A DNA stretch of 63,623 nucleotides, filler included, from Chiloscyllium plagiosum (taxonomy: Eukaryota): assembly GCF_004010195.1 (NCBI RefSeq). It is 3 parts of one record of this genome, joined end to end, with 100 filler letters (N's around TTAATTAATTAA, not from the genome) between each part and the next. Parts side by side here need not be neighbours in the genome. Positions count along the whole stretch, not along the records: positions 59,904 to 63,623 come from NC_057711.1; 2 more parts are not named here. The stretch is one strand, 5' to 3'. Positions 60,833 to 63,623 of the stretch are shown here, in pieces; position 1 is the first letter of the stretch, and each line of letters opens with the position of its first letter. The translations under genes were made by a program, and so were the position numbers. The notes under the pieces were generated by a model. The model did not search any database and was not told the origin of the DNA. It saw nothing but the letters and a program-made list of their open reading frames with translations.

Positions 60833-61860
60833 CTCCATTTCGGAATGCCGGGCACTGTCCAGTGGGGTACCGCACGGATCAGTACTGGGACCGCAGCTTT
60901 TTACAATCTATCTTCAGGATATACAAGATGGTATTAGCAATAACATTCGCAAATTTCATCAGCTGGGTGGCAGGGTGAAATGTGATGAGGATGTTAGGAG
61001 ATTACAGGGTGACCTGGACAGGTTAGGTGAGTGGTCAGATGCATGGCCCATGCAGTTTAATGTGGATAAATGTATGGTTATCCACTTTGGTGGCAAGAAC
61101 AGGAAGGCAGATTACTACATAAATGGAATCAATTTAGGTAAAGGGGCAGTACAGAGAGATCAGGGTGTTTTTGTACACCAGTCAGTGAAGGTAAGCATGC
61201 AGGTATAGCAGGTAGTGAGGAAGGCTAATAGCATGCCTGCCTTCATAACAAGAGGGATTGAGTATAGAAGCAAAGAGGTTCTTCTGCAGCTGTACAGGGC
61301 CCTGGTGAGACCACACCTGGAGTACTGTGTGCAGTTCTGGTCTCAAAAATTTGAGGAAAGATATTCTGGCTATTGAGGGAGTGCAGCATACGTTCATGAG
61401 GTCAATTCCTGGAATGGCGGGATTACCTTATGCTGAAAGACTAGAGTGACTGGGCTTGTATACCCTTGAGTTTAGAAAACTGAGAGGGGATCTGATTGAG
61501 ACATATAAGATTATTAAAGGATTGGACACTCTGGAGGCAGGAAACATGTTTCCGCTGATGGGTGAGTGCTGAACCAGAGGACACAGCTTAAAAATACGGG
61601 GTAGACCATTTAGGACAGAGATGAGGAGGGATTTCTTCACCCAGAGAGTGGTGGCTGTGTGGAATGCTCTGCCCCAGAAGGCAGTGGAGGCCCAGTCTCT
61701 GGATTCATTTAAGAAAGATAGAGCTCTCAAGATAGTGGAATCAAGGGTTATGGAGATAAGGCAGGAACAGGATACTGATTATGATCAGCCATGATCATAT
61801 TGAATGGTGGTGCAGGCTCAAAGGGCAGAATGGCCTACTCCTACATCTATTGTCTATTGC
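60833..61860 (+). mobile_element. 5'-truncated CR1 (RT C-terminal half plus tail), (CTATTGT)n subfamily
   Basis: SGVPHGSVLGPQLFTIY...MQFNVDKC...LEYCVQFWS; FADD motif deleted; tail CTATTGTCTATTG. Confidence 0.92.
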
Positions 61861-63268
61861 CTAGACACTAACAAAGTGTAATAAAGGTCTGCTATACCGG
61901 TAATCATCCCTATCAATCCGCACTCTTAAGACAGTGTAATAAAAGTTCTGTTGCACAACTAATAAACTCTACCAATCTACACTCTAACACAATGTAATAA
62001 AGCTCTATTACATCAGTTAAAACCCAAACAATCTACACTATAACTACAGGGTAATCCAGCTCTCTGACACCAATAATAAACCCTATCAATCTACACTGTA
62101 ACATAGTGTAATAAATCTCTGTTACACCAGTAATGAACCCTGTCAATCTCCACCAACACTGTATCAAAAATCAGCTTTATCATTCTACACTCTACCAGAG
62201 CTCTCTACAGCTTTGTTACATCAGTAATAACCTGTATCAATTGTGAAAGAAGTTCTGAGATTTACAGATTAATCAATCAAAATCTGCATCCCATTCCCAG
62301 TGACTGGAGACTTAACAGCAATCTAAGCTTGTTCAATACATCATGTCAGTTGTATGACATTTTGATCTTTTACTATAAATTCTGTGTCCTATGATCCTGC
62401 CTCACCAGTTACCTGATGAAGCAGCAGCGTTCCAAAAGCTTGTACTTTCAAATAACCTGTTGGGCTATAACCTGATGTTGTGTGATCTTTTAACTTTATC
62501 CCCCCCAGTCCAACACCAGCACCTCCACATCACAGTGTAATTAAGCTCTTCTATACAACTAAAAACCTAAATCAATCTAAGTGTTAACAAAGTGTAATAT
62601 AGAGTAACAAAACCCATCAATCTACACTCTAAGAGTACAATAAAGCTGTGACATACCACGAATAATGCCTATCACTTTCCATTCTAACACAGTATAATAA
62701 AGCTCTCTTACACCAGTAAGAAACTCTTATCAGTCTACACCGGAACAATAAAGCAATAAAGCTCTGTTACACTGGAAATAAATGCTACCAGTCTACACTC
62801 CAACACAGCGTAATAAAGCTCTCTTACATAACTAATAAACCCTATCAATCTACACTCTAAAAATGATTAATAATGTTCTGTTACATCAGTAATAATCCCA
62901 AACAATCTGCATGAGAGCATAGTAAAGCTCTGTCACACCTGTAATAAACCACATCAATCTACACTATAATGCAGGGTAATAAACCCCTCCATCACCAATA
63001 ATAAATCCTGTCAATCCACACTGTTACACATTGTAATAAAGCGCTTTCACACCAGTAATAAATCCCATCAATCTGCACACTTACATTGCGTCAGAAAGCT
63101 CTGTTACCTCAGTAGTAAACCCTATCAATCTGCACTGTAGAACAGTGTAAAAAACCTCTGGAGTAAAGCCTACCAATCTGGAATCTAACACAGAGTAATA
63201 CACCTTATCAATCTAAACTGAAAAGATCTGGTGCATCATAATAAACCTTATCAATCTACATTCTGCAA
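61861..63268 (+). repeat. diverged ~57-bp minisatellite (about 19-20 units), interrupted by a PLE fragment
   Basis: Consensus approx. GTAATAAAGCTCTGTTACACCAGTAATAAACCCTATCAATCTACACTCTAACACAGT; unit starts at 61878, 61936, 61994, 62051, 62108. Confidence 0.9.
62245..62532 (+). mobile_element. PLE 3' end (second family) with dead hammerhead (62410-62444)
   Basis: Similar to 7260-7550; CTGATGAAGCAGCAGCGTTCCAAAAGCTT (G12 to A). Confidence 0.75.
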
Positions 63269-63289
63269 GAGTGCAGAAGATTTGAATGG

Positions 63290-63623
63290 AGCTGTTTTTG
63301 TAAGGTGTGTTCAGGAGGGTTTCCATTGACAGGCCGAAGAGGGGAGAGGCCATTCTAGACTTGGTGCTCGGAAACAAGCCGGGGCAGGTATCAGATCTTG
63401 TGGTGGGAGAGCATTTTGGTGATAGTGACCACAACTGCCTCACATTCTACATAGCTATGGAGAAGGAGAGGATTAGGCAAAATGGGAGGATATTTAATTG
63501 GGGAAGAGGAAACTATGATGCGATTAGACATGAGTTAGGAAGCATGGACTGGGAGCAATTGTTCCATGATAAAGGCACTTTAGACATGTGGAGACTGTTT
63601 AAGGAACAGTTGTTGCAAGTCCC
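63290..63623 (+). mobile_element. CR1 ORF2 APE-region fragment running off the window end
   Basis: DRPKRGEAILDLVLGN...VGEHFGDSDHNCLTF. Confidence 0.85.

Noticed and set aside
60537..61208. 223-aa ORF with hydrophobic N-terminus
   Set aside because: Chance fusion of the pyrimidine-rich 5S spacer to a CR1 RT fragment lacking the FADD motif.
60429..61860. SINE3 (5S-derived SINE with CR1 tail)
   Set aside because: The 5S is complete, has its own T5 terminator and spacers, and is antisense to the CR1 tail.
61861..63268. CRISPR-like array or repeat-protein gene (the 57-bp consensus reads TVLECRLIGFITGVTELYY without stops on the minus strand)
   Set aside because: No unique spacers, no cas genes, and a vertebrate context. 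Real units have frequent indels and stops, and the ORF track shows no long ORF.
1..63623. Intact autonomous retroelement, or prokaryotic/viral system
   Set aside because: Every RT, integrase and endonuclease frame has stops or frameshifts; no operon-like gene density or viral ORFs were recognised.

Overview
Eukaryotic, repeat-saturated DNA with the repeat complement typical of a cartilaginous fish (shark; inferred from HE1/V-type SINEs and abundant CR1-clade LINEs). No intact protein-coding gene is visible. Nearly all informative ORFs are decayed retroelements: many CR1 LINE pieces (esterase ORF1, APE/RT ORF2), a near-full Rex1/Babar LINE, a Tx1/L1-type 3' end, an internally deleted L1 that keeps ORF1 and its TSD, and a Gypsy LTR retrotransposon with both LTRs plus a solo LTR. 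The most striking signal is about 15 minimal hammerhead-ribozyme motifs (CUGANGA-A-stemII-GAAA-palindrome-UH) carried by Penelope-like element (PLE) termini. Several of these form 130-700 bp insertions, mostly hairpins, flanked by 10-15 bp target-site duplications, and the hairpins share an asymmetric 35-40 nt tail. Also present: one full-length 5S rRNA gene with spacer, sandwiched between 3' ends of one CR1 subfamily; a ~57-bp minisatellite; a 134-bp inverted copy of local sequence; a Cys-rich candidate exon; and three assembly gaps, two with an artificial TTAATTAATTAA linker. All calls were made by eye, and boundaries of old elements are approximate (+/- tens of bp).
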